Of a stretch of DNA of 64,000 bases, positions 1 to 11,540 are shown piece after piece. The translations under genes and the position numbers were made by a program. The stretch comes from Felis catus (taxonomy: Eukaryota): the NCBI RefSeq assembly GCF_018350175.1, contig NC_058368.1:64482001-64546000 (forward strand), in the 5' to 3' direction. Below the pieces are notes generated by a model. It was not told the origin of the DNA. It ran no database searches and worked only from the letters and a program-made list of their open reading frames with translations. Position 1 is the stretch's first letter. The number at the start of each line of letters is the position of its first letter.

Positions 1-1353
1 CAACTTTTTTTCAGTAATTAACTTTTTAATTCAGAAATATGTCCTGAATTAAAGGCAAGAAAGAACTATTCTCTAATTATTCTTGACTTCTATTCCTGAT
101 ACCCTAGTGGGCATTTTTGTTTTATCCTTCCAACCTTATTTCTTGAATCAACTGTCTCCTGAAGTCTTTATATAAATGTCTCTGACTGGTATGACTCACT
201 CCTCTGTGTTGCCTCTGTATTTGGCAGATGCTTGCTCTGCCAGTGTTCTCACCATGAAGTTTAATTACATTCTGCACGTCTGTGTTCCCCACTCTCTTGG
301 GACCTCCTTGAGGACATGGACAAGACTAGTACCGTGGTCAGTGAGTGCTTGTTGAATTACATGTGGATTAGAATAGGATTGTAAGGATTGCTGTCTAGAT
401 GTGCCAGGACTAGATTCACAGCATGTATAAGGCAAGATAGGTGAAATAACAAGTGATGTGGAAGCAAAGGATCGGATTCTTTCTGTAATATGACATGGAA
501 ATTGCAACTAGAAAAGATTATTAATAATAATTTTTTTTAAAAAAATGATTCACCTTCCTTAGTTTTAGAATTCATTAAGCTAAGGAAGGAGGGAGGCATG
601 GGTGAGGTGGGAGGGAAGAATGTGTTGGAGAATGAAAGTTAAATGATTAATTTTTGTGTGGCAGAGATTGAACCCCTAAGTCATTAAAAATAAAGACTCA
701 CTTTTAAGATATTAAAATTTTTTAATCTTCATTTCCACAGATAAGTTTTGTATATGTATACACCTGCATATATTCACACACAGACATATGTGATTGCGAA
801 CTTTAGATTGAATTCAGAAAAATGAAGTCCCATTAAATTATCTTTGAGTAGCAGTCTTGTCAAATTATAAGAAATGCATAGTGATTCATAGAGGAAAACA
901 AGGTGGAATTGTCAAAACCTGGGTCTCAGTGGGCTACTGAGTAAATTTTTTCTTGGAACTTCAAGAAAATTTGTTAATCACAGAATATAGTCCTTATTAA
1001 TTTGGAATAAAGAAGTAGTGTGTTCTTTCTTTTAGGCTAACACATTTCAGCACTTTGTGCAGGCCTGACACACAGTGGATACTCATACATCCTTGCTTCA
1101 TGCATTATACAACTAGGGCAGCTGAACCTTTTATTCTGTCTCAGACATACTGTGAATCTGGCTACCAGTTGACCATAAAGAACCATTGGCTTAAATCATC
1201 CTCACATCTAGGGATCCAACCAAAAGAAACTGCTGTTTTCCTGCTAGTCCCAGGGAGATGTGGATTGTCCTGCCTAGGAACAAATGCCACAGGATTATGA
1301 ATATTCTTGGTCATATGTGGAACTAAGGGGCAAGGCTAAATTAAAACCAAGTA

Positions 1354-1566
1354 GGGGCGCCTGAGTGGCTCAGTCGGTTGAGCGTCCGACTTCGGCTTGG
1401 GTCACGATCTCGCGGTCCGTGAGTTCGAGCCCCGCATCAGGCTCTGGGCTGATGGCTCAGAACCTGGAGCCTGCTTCCGATTCTGTGTCTCCCTCTCTCT
1501 CTGCCCCTCCCCCGTTCATGCTCTGTCTCTCTCTGTCTTAAAAATAAAAATAAATGTAAAAAAAAA
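1354..1566 (+). mobile_element. CanSINE (SINEC_Fc type)
   Basis: GGGGCGCCTG head, A/B boxes, (CT)n, A-tail, near-TSD AAAAC(C)AAGTA. Confidence 0.95.
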
Positions 1567-1829
1567 AACAAGTAAACATATTAATAATTGCAGTGGGATG
1601 ATTATAGACAGCCCAACAAATGAAAGAAAAATATTCAGTGTAAAAACCATGACTGTTCATGTCATCACTAAAAGAAGGTTGGAATTACTCCTTCAGATAT
1701 CCTTAGTTTCCCTTAATAACTATTTATTGACACAAAACCATTTGTTTCTAGGCTTCAGCTCAACTTGAGGTTATAAATTGGATATGTGAAGCATTGCTTT
1801 GTCTTTGAGGTTATGATCAATGATGTCAA

Positions 1830-1965
1830 AACAGTATAGACTTTGGAGGCAAGGAAACCTGTATTCAAAACCACGATCTACTTTTTCTTAGCAACATGAC
1901 TTAATTTTCTCATCTGGAAAAAGGGGATTAATGAGACCTATTGCAGAGTTTTGTGATACCTGAAA
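1830..1965 (+). mobile_element. MIR fragment
   Basis: AGACTTTGGAG...TTTTCTCATCTGGAAAAAGGGGAT core-like sequence. Confidence 0.6.
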
Positions 1966-2330
1966 TGGAAAACAAATTCGTCATTGCATTTGTTACAATT
2001 AAGAGCTATTTTGTGTGTATATGTTTACTTTTAGATTGTAAGTATCTTGAAGGCTGGGGTTTATATTCCCTCAAGTGCATTATCTACTGTCTGGCCCAGA
2101 GGACATGAGAAATAAATGATGGGTGTTCTTTACCTTGTTTTCAGTTCTTGAAGGTTGTTATCGAGTTAAGAAGCCTAACTGTCTACAATGCCATCCAGTA
2201 CGTAGAGCCGCCCGTCTTCTGATCGTATATATTAGCCTTCTGCCTCAAGAAAAAATTATGCATACAATATGCAGTTAATGGATGTCAGTGGAATAAATGT
2301 ATAAAGGGAGGATACTAGCATCTCACTTTA

Positions 2331-2514
2331 AAAAAGCTTTAATGTTTATTTATTTTTGAGAGAGAGAGAGAGAAAGAGAGAGGAGAATCCCAAGCAGGCT
2401 CTGCACTGTCCACGCGGAGACCAATGCAGGGCTAGACTCCATGGACTGTGAGATCATGACCTGAGCGTAAACCAAAAGTCAGACGCTTAACTGACTGAGC
2501 CACCCAGGTGTCCG
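2331..2514 (-). mobile_element. CanSINE, older, with short CT region
   Basis: Reverse SINE body, TSD CATCTCACTTT at 2319 and 2517. Confidence 0.9.
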
Positions 2515-3207
2515 AACATCTCACTTTTAAAATAAAGTAACTGAAGCCCAGAACTATTAAGTAATATTTAACAATACTAAGTAACTATCTAATGATTACC
2601 CATGAAACCAGTTTATTATTTGGGTGGGATTCAGACATTATTCACTTATTTCTGAAATCACTATCTTCAAACACATTCTAGTAGAACTCCCTTTCTAATC
2701 CATTGATATTATCTGAGGCAGATCCTGTCTACCCTATGTCTTTCAACTCACGTTCACTCTAGTTTAATCAGTGTTCCTTCTAAATCAATGCTCATGGTCT
2801 CCCTTATTCCCGATGCTACTCAGGCCTCAGCTCAGAAATCTGAAATATAGAGAAGGCATTCTCTTGTCTTCATTTTCTTACCCCTTTCCTCTGGTTTCTT
2901 CATTGTTGGGACAAGAAGGATGGATTAGAGAAAAAGGGAAAAAATCATTAGTTTGATTATCACTGTTAGTTCCTCTCTGTGTCCTCTGTGTAGTAAATAA
3001 TCATATGTTGTCTTTCTCTTGACTCCCACATGTGACTTTTGGGGATGAAGGAGGGTGTCTTTCTTATGCATGTATCTCTCACAGCAAATTGCTTCTTTGG
3101 CTTGGTAGTTTCCAATAAGCCTCTTGTTTTGGTTGCTGGAAAGATGGCTCACTTCTGGTTACTGTCAATAGTAGTTCATTTTGCCCACCAATAGGTCACT
3201 CATCCTT

Positions 3208-3563
3208 TGAAAAGAATGCGTATTCCACTGTTTTGGGGTGGAATGTTCTGAATATATCTGTTAGATCCGTATGGTCTAATGTGTCATTCAAAGCTACTGT
3301 CTCCTCATTGATTTTCTGTCTGATCTATCTATAGATGTAAGTGGGGTGTTAAAATCCCCTACTATTATTGTATAATTGTCAGTTTTTTTCCTTTGTTAAT
3401 AATTGCTTTATGTGTTTAGGTGTTTCCATGTTAGGTGCATAAATATTTACAGTTGCTACATTCTGTTGTTGAATTGTTACTTTTATCATTATGTAATGTC
3501 CTCCTTTGTTTCTTTTTATCATCTTTGTTTATTTTAAAGTCCATTTTGTCCATATAAGTACTG
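3208..3563 (-). mobile_element. Old L1 ORF2 endonuclease-region fragment
   Basis: Aligns by eye with 45508-45870 of the full-length L1 in this window. Confidence 0.85.
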
Positions 3564-5287
3564 TTGTTCTGCAAACTGCTTGGTGGTTAAACTTCCCTGC
3601 TGTCCCAGCCTACTTCATTGTCCTCTCCTCAGCTTGGTAACAGACACAGGGTGGCATGGCCACTGCATAAGGCGAGTTCCAATGGGCAAATGAGGTCTCG
3701 GTATCCTTTTGTGTGGCAGCCCCTTTCATGAGGAGTGATTCCCTTGTGTGGCCCCCCTCACTTAGCTTGCTCTCTGGAAGCCCTCTCCATCCCCAAGCAA
3801 TCTCTCACCAAGTACATTACACTCCTGAGAAGGCTCCCAATTTCCTTTCCTAGTGCTGCTTACATAGACTGGAGGAATGTAGTCTGCTGATGTCTACTAG
3901 GCTGGGTCTGCCAGGTTCGCGGATTTTGTGGAGATGGACCTAGAAGCTCTTTAAGGTTCTGTAGGGTGTGGGCACACCTAAAATTTTCACCTTTGATGCT
4001 TTATTCTTTCTCCAAGACCACAGGAAAATTTCCTTTTGACATTCTGTTACAGACGATGACAGCCTTCTTTAATACTGTTAGTCCATTCTTACTGAAATAA
4101 TTGGCTGTTTTAAAATAAACATACAATTAACAGAGTAAATCAAAGTAGGGCTGGTAAGGAAATATTTAAAATGCCAATATCTTAATGATTTGAATGTTGT
4201 ATACCAAATCCTGTTTGTCTTTTCTTACTCATTATAACCAAGTTTCACAAATGCTGCATAATATCTGGGGTCTGCCAAAAACTAGTGGCTTCTAATTTTG
4301 CAAAGAAAATTGCACTCTCTGGTCCTTTGTTTCCTGCATTATCATTGATTATATCTGTCCAAGCTATCTCACAGTGAAGTTGAATGAATAAATGAACATT
4401 AGGAAGACCTGGTTTCACATCTGTTCTATGATTTGAATGGGGATTTAGGTTATCTCTCCAGTCTGAAGAATGGTTACAAGGAATATTGCATTTTATACTT
4501 TAAGTATAGTGCTATTCAATGCAATGAGAAGAGCATATTTTCTGATAGGTGTAAATAAATTTATTTCTCTGGCTGGGGTTGTATCCACTGGACTCCATTA
4601 TTTGGACACTAGTTCAACAGAAGCCAAAATGCTGGCAAAGTGCTTATACAAGAAAATTGTGTCCCAGGTTAGCTCATACCGGTTAATGGAACATGCACAT
4701 TATAATGCATATTATAAGAAATCACATTATGGAGAGAGTACTTTCATAATTGCAAGATAGTAGACAAGAATATTCAGTTCATTGGCCGCAAAAAGGACAA
4801 TCTCATCTTCATATGTATGATGCTCATTGCTCTCACATCTTCACCTGCCATTTCGTTTCCCAGGAGAAACATTAAGTTTTGTTTTTTTTTTTAATATCAA
4901 GCATGTTTAAACCACGATCTTATGTAGACCAGTATCATAGCATATTAGAGAAGTAAAATTCACTTGTAAAAGCAGAAATGTCTCATACATGCTTATTAAA
5001 TAACTATTTATTTTTAAACTAAGTGGTAAATACTTTGATCATTGAATAATGTCTAACTAGCCTTCCAAAATCAACAGAAAGATGGTTTCCAATACTTCTA
5101 TTTTGCCTCTGGGGGCTGATTGTCTCATAATTGTATATATTATAGCAAAGGAAACACGATGATATTATTTAATTTTACAGTCTTGCAAGAATAAAAGATC
5201 TGAAGACTAAGTTTGCACTATGCTTGTTTCGGTTTAGTACACAGGTATATTGATTCTTCTCGTATTAGTTGAAAATAGAATGAGGCA

Positions 5288-5494
5288 GGGGCGCCTGGTG
5301 GCTCAGTTGGTTAAGTGTCCAACTCTTGATTTCAATTTAGGTCCTGATTTCACTGTTTCTGAGATTGAGCTCCTATACTGACAGCACGGAGCCTACTTGG
5401 GATTCTTTCTCTCCCTCTCTGTCTGCCCCTCTCCACTCTCTCTGCCTCTCTCTCCTCCCTCAAAACAAATAAACTTAAATAAAAAAAAAAGAAA
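5288..5494 (+). mobile_element. CanSINE
   Basis: Head, CT tract, A-tail, degenerate TSD GAAAATAGAA(T/A)GAG(G/A)C. Confidence 0.92.
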
Positions 5495-5753
5495 GAAAAT
5501 AGAAAGAGACTTAAAAGGGGAAAAAAAAAACTTGTGGAGGAAACACTGAAGCCATTCATTGTGAGTTTTTAGTCAACAAGTTATTTCAGGTCCTATTCTA
5601 CTCATCATCATATATTCCCCTAAATTTAATTATTTTAATAAAGCCTTCCCTGTAAGCACATTAAAGATATGTCAGTTAACCACTCAAGACCAGGCTATAA
5701 ATAAGTTCTATTTTAACTTCTAATAATTTTTTTCAATTAAAAAGTTGTTGAGT

Positions 5754-5814
5754 GGGGGGCCTGGGTGGCTTAGTCAGTTAAATGTCCGGCTCTTGATTTT
5801 GGCTCTTGATTTTG
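5754..5814 (+). mobile_element. CanSINE 5' head only
   Basis: GGGGGCCTGGGTGGCTTAGTCAGTTAA...CTCTTGATTTTGGCTC, then similarity stops. Confidence 0.8.
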
Positions 5815-8679
5815 AAGGCCATTTGTTCAGTAGTTTCTTCAAAGTTGGAAAGTGAAAAAAAAAAAAAAAAAACAACGATAAGGTCCAATATGGTAAAGAG
5901 AGGAATATGTACAATATATTCACTAAATGCCATATTAAGGTAGATATATGTACTGTTTTTATATTTAATTTTTTCACTTCAGGTTCTTTCAGTTGCCACC
6001 CGATTGGTAAGTGACTAAATTGGCATCTTAGCTGAGCCTTGGGGGAAATGGGCAGAGATTTCTGTAAGTATGGATCATTACAAAAGATGGTATCTGTGCC
6101 CAGTTTGTAATCAATCCCGTCTTCCTGCTATAAGATTCTGTAGCTCAGTTGGAGACCCAGGATGGGATATCACAACCACAGAAGTCATTTCTTCTTCTTT
6201 TTTTTTTCCTGCTATGTTGGACAAAAACTTGCTTTTAAAAAAATCAAATTATTTAAGCCAGCTCTATTAAGACTCAGCATGACTTAAGGAAATGTAATTA
6301 CAAGCCCATCATTTATATAATCAACTTATAGGGCTGTAATATTTTTCTGAAACATAAATATCTCAGCGGTACCAAGACAATGTGTGTCATTTCTCTTCCT
6401 TAAAAAATTCCACAGAGTGATCTTAAAGGCAGACAATCCCAGCATGTGATCTTTGAGGTTGGAGGGGCGAGTAAGGTAGCTATACAAACAGTATTATTTT
6501 CCTCTGACAGAATCTGGAGCCAAATGAATAGTATGGTAAGCATGAGGAGTTTGGAAAGGGAGTGGTGACTTCACCCTAAATACTTCTTTTCTTCTGTCGC
6601 CCTTGAGCAGTAGTCTGCCACGACAGAGATACAAGCAGAACTGTGAACTAATGGTGTTTGTGAGTGGAAGGTGTTCATAACACAAGTCCACTAAAGTGCT
6701 AGATATGCAGTCAGCAATGTGGGAACCCTCTCACCCATCACCCTTTCATTCTGAAAGTATGCCCAAGGCCAATTTCGTGTGAGGTCGGATCTAACCTGAC
6801 TGCATCGTAAAGATGTGACCGAGGCCTTGGTGATTGCAGGTTGCTGCAACTGCCTGAGTTACAGGACGACTAGAAGGGACATATTTTGTCTGTAGAGCAG
6901 ATGGTAAAACTCTGCCCAAATATGGCTTTTTATTTTCCAGCTGCCAGTGTGGGAGCAAGCATTTGTCTGTTGCTTCATTGTGCTGAAGCATCCCAGTGGT
7001 AGCCTACTCCTAGTCACTTAATTCTGAATATAAATGCTATATATGTACATTTCACATTTCAAGTGTTAGGGCAAAAGTTGAGAATTTGGCTGTCATGTAC
7101 TCAGTGGACTGTTTACATTATGTACTATGGTGCTATGTGGAGGGGTATATGTATGTGTGTATGTATACATATGTGTATATATATAAATTTCAGATGAAAA
7201 GAAATAAAACATGAAATACTTCATTTAGGGACAGAAAATCATACCCAAGTGACTCACTTGTTCTTTATCAGGCTGAGTAGGCAGTGACCTTCCAATGGAA
7301 AGGCTATACCCCATAAAACAAGCCTATTTCTAGCTAGGCTGATGTAATGAACCATAGAATATCTGTCCATGTAACTACCTTTGCCTACTTCATCAAATTA
7401 AACTGAGCCTATTTAAAGCTTTACAAACCTAGTAAGACATAGTTTCTTTTAAATTCTTAGTTCAACATATGAGAAAGCCACGGTCCATGAAAAATCGAGG
7501 AAAGCTGTAAAAGTGTAGAATTCTGGAAACATTCTTCTGATGAAGAATTTGCTAATGTGAGCTCCAGGCAATTTGCTGTTTCTTTAGCTCTGTATTATTT
7601 CCCACCATTTTGGCTCAAACCTTCTGCAAAACTAAACTTGTTAGCTATAGGTAGAGAACCAATGGGATCTTAACAATATCGCTTTTACTGGTTCCATAAG
7701 GTCAGAGATAAGAATACTTTGGCATGATTAGTATGCTTTGAATGACATTAGGACACGATCAAGCCATGAGGTATAACTATATATTAAAAAGGTGGATTCT
7801 ATAAGTCATGTGAATCTCTCTCACTTTCTATGACTCCCAACTCAAAGATAGTAAACTATTTTCCAGCTGAACTGGTTTTAATATACCCACTGTGTCTTGA
7901 ACAGTGTTAAGCTCTTAAAAGACCTTCAATAAATGTGTTTTACCCACTAAATGGGAGCATAATTTTCTGCCTGCTTTTTGAAGGGTACATTTGAAGAATA
8001 ATACCTGCTGTATATTATGGGAACAAGCAGCCATTCCCATAAACATGGCCTAATGTCAAAAGACATTGATTCCATATGTTTAAAATAAATATTTCTTATT
8101 CTCTAGTGCGTTTCCTTTTTAACTTCTGATTTGTTGTTCTGGTCTGGACCTTATTGTGTTATAAAAAGGTACTCACAATTGTAGTGACATACATATTGAA
8201 AATAAAGTCTTAGAGTATTGGGCATTACATTGATTCCTAGCTTCAAATTTAAACTTAAACCTTTTGCTCACAATTTTGGAATTAACCTCTAATTTGGTCA
8301 CCTCTGAAAAGATAGGGGTTACTTAACTAATGCCGTTACTGGAGTCAGGATTAGAACTCATGTGTCCTGACAGCTCATTCCAGTGATTTTTCTTTTTTTT
8401 TTTTTAATTGACAGTGTGACCCATGGCCTGTCATTAATTTGACTGCAAATACATTTAAGGCAGTTGTTGTAAATGAAGCAGAAGTGGAACCACTAGCCTT
8501 TGAGTCATCAGACTTCACAAAGCGTTACTTTCTGATTTTGGAGAGGTTCTTGAATTGCTTCAAGATGGATATTTCCCTGAAGTTTTTAAACTCCTCTTAT
8601 ATACAGGGTTCATTGTGTTTGAAAATGTGTCATGTTCCTAGAAGAAATCGGAACCCTTGGGCAGTGCAGAAGCTAATCT

Positions 8680-8930
8680 TAAAGGTTAAGCATGTGGCCT
8701 CTGTAACTGGCTTTTATGGGTTTGAATTCCAGCTGTACCATCAAACTATATAAGCTCAGATAAGTTCCTTATCCTACTGAAGCACTCGTTTCCTTACCAG
8801 TAAAGAGAAGATAATTGTAATTTCTAATTCAAAGGGTTGTTTTGGAGATTAATTTCGTTAACGCATGTAAGGCCGTAGACTAGTGTCTAGCAGATGATCA
8901 GTATAAAGTTAATGTAAGGCATTATTACTG
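8680..8930 (+). mobile_element. MIR
   Basis: GGTTAAGCATGTGG...GGGTTTGAATTCCAGCT...GTTTCCTTACCAGTAAA...GGGTTGTT. Confidence 0.7.
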
Positions 8931-9510
8931 TGTCACTGATTAAATTGTTTGCCTAATACAGCCTGTATTTTATAATTGATGTGCTGCTACTGCTCAAGGT
9001 TTTCCATGTTTATTGAAGACTGCAGTGCATCAAATACTCCTAAAGTCAAAATCAACCTTAAACACTTTGCTTCTTAAAGTATCTTTTTCCTTCTGTAGTT
9101 AGACTTTAAAATGTAACTTTAATATGGCTTTGAAACTCCTTCTGAACTTTATTTTTTTACTGTAAAACCCCTGTTTTAGAAGTTTAAAGTAATTGACTTC
9201 TTCCTATTAACACTTGGCTTGAGTTAGTAAAAAATAAAAAGGGAAGTCGATTATCTTGATCTTTAACTTCTATATGTATGTTTAAGGAATGAAGATAGAT
9301 TCCTCTTTCCAATGTTTTGGCTGAAGAAAAATAATAATCTTGCTGTTAACTTACTATTACTTCTGTTAGCTAAGTTTGACATGTAACTTGAAAGATACAC
9401 GTCTCTGATGAAGGAATTTGGGGCCCATATGGTGGCTAGGACAGCATGACTATAAATGTCATCTCTAACAAAAAGGCTGCCCCATTTTGAACCTTGCCCT
9501 GATATTCTTT

Positions 9511-10027
9511 TGTGAATTCTCTCCAGACAAAGACCATCAGGAACACACTGTGATTGTACAAGCCAGATTCATTGCCCATTGCTGTGAGAAGGACACACAC
9601 CCTAAGGAACCATGGGGTATCTCGGTAAAAGGGTGTTACAAAGACTTCTAAGATTTGGGCTCACATTAGATCACTTGGGGAATGTCTAAGGAAGCAGCTC
9701 TTTGCGCGGAATTAGATACTGTCAGGAAGCAGAAGTAATTTTATGACTGGGTATTTCAAGAAGCCTTATCTAGAAGTAGGAGTTTTTTAATATTAGCCAG
9801 GATAGGGAAATGCTTGGTCAATTTTGTTGATTTGGAAAAACAGTCTGCTTTCATCTGTGTTGAGAAATGGTCATGGAGTAGTCTTGCTCTTTGTCTTGAT
9901 CCATCATGGTCACAGAGTGACCCTGGCTGATGTTAATATTTTGTGGAGCTCTTTATTTCAATAGGAAAATACTAGAGTCTAGCTGTAAGTGACAGAAAGT
10001 GCCTGGGGACTGCGTTTCTCTTTCTCA
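9511..10027 (-). mobile_element. ERV1-class solo LTR (MER89-like)
   Basis: TG...CA termini, near 4-bp TSD (CTTT/CTGT), and internal CACTCTGTGACCATGATGGATCAAGACAAA on the minus strand resembling the recalled consensus. Confidence 0.7.
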
Positions 10028-10064
10028 CTGTTGCATGATCTACGCAGTAACTATTGGCAAATAA

Positions 10065-10285
10065 AACTCATATTTATTAAGTGCCAGGGCTGTGCTGAAT
10101 ACTTCAAATATATGACCATATTTATACTGTGCAAGAGTCCTAGTTGTGTATAGGAAGAATGTTCTCTTTATTTGCAGACTAGGAAATAGAGACTCAGACA
10201 GATGATGTAATTTACCTAAGGTCACATTTAAAGTAAGGATTAAATCTCAAAATTATCTCTCTCCAAAATGCATCCTCTTTCTAAC
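10065..10285 (-). mobile_element. MIR
   Basis: GGAAATAGAGACTCAGA...TAATTTACCTAAGGTCACA reverse core. Confidence 0.7.
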
Positions 10286-11184
10286 AGGCCATATCCATGT
10301 GTTTCAGTTAACATGCTGGAGAGTAGGCAGTGAGGCACACAACTTTCCTACAAAAGAACTTGGGTGATTCTCTTCAAAACGACACCATCTATCATGGAAA
10401 CAAGGACTCCTATTAGAGCCATTCTAACTCTCCTTTAGAATCTTACTCCAGTGTAGGTGTTTTTCTGATAAATTTACCACCTGAATTCCCAAATAATAGA
10501 AATTATGTGACACAAAACAAAATGAGGGTCGTTCTGTACACTAACTGCTAATGCTCAGAGAACAAAAAAACCCTAGACACGTGATCTCAAAGACAAAAAA
10601 AAGTTTGGTACTTTTAAATATAAAGGCAAATAGTATAATCAATCTCTGAGGGTCCATTAATGTATGTACGTAACAAAACACTGTTTATTATTGTAGTCAT
10701 CATTTTTAAAAAATGTAAAATAATCATTTTATTGAGTTTATGGAAGCCATACATTTAAGAAAGTAGACTCAAAAGTATGAAATACAACAAATTGGTTACT
10801 AAATGGATAAAATGCTATAATCTAGAAAACTTACTATGTATAATTCTTACCACTTTGTCAGATAAAACTGGCTTTATGGTAATGTTATTAAATATAGGAA
10901 ACAATCAGCTTACCACCATTTTTACAACTCGATTAGAGTTTTGTCTTGGATTTGCTTAAATGATGTCTGTGGTCATGAAAGAGAGTTAAAAATAATCTAC
11001 AATGTAAACCTAATGTCCAAAGAATGTCAAATATAATAGTTTAAGGCAGTATAAAGTTGGTATAAACTGCAGACAGATTGTATTATATTAGATCTTAAAA
11101 TATCTAAAGAAGGTAAGGTAACCAATATTACTCTAGAAGATTTATATCTGAAAAGTGAGTTGTGTGAGCTACTGAACGGTCCAG

Positions 11185-11276
11185 ATTAGAGGTGGCAAAT
11201 CTACAGCCTATGAAAAAAATGTAGCTTGCAGACATGTTTTGTTTAGGTTGAAAAGTATTGATCCACTCAGAGGTTT

Positions 11277-11314
<38 letters not shown>

Positions 11315-11540
11315 TGGTTCTGTTTTGTTTTGTTTTGTTTTGTTTTAAATGAGCTGATGTCTGTGTACAAAGAGAAACAGTGAGCCAGCATGAGTGTGGT
11401 GGAGACATCTGTGTGTCCTACGTTTCTGCATGACACTATCAGTTGGAGCTAAGGAGCAGCTGTCTTTTGTGGGATTATAGTCAAGAGAGTCCCATACCTG
11501 ACACACAGCATCCCTAAAGACATTTGTATGCACGATTCTA
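11185..11540 (+). mobile_element. MER102-like hAT-Charlie relic containing a T36/(TTTTG)n tract
   Basis: AGAGGTGGCAAAT...GCAGACATGTTTTGTTT and CATGACACTATCAGTTGGAGCTAAGGAGCAGCTG resemble recalled MER102. Confidence 0.6.

Noticed and set aside
8439..8753. 104-aa ORF
   Set aside because: Non-ATG start, runs into a MIR, no recognisable homology.
11345..11533. Minus-strand ORF with a CAG acceptor-like site (VWDSLDYNPTK...)
   Set aside because: It lies within the MER102-like transposon relic and shows no recognisable homology.
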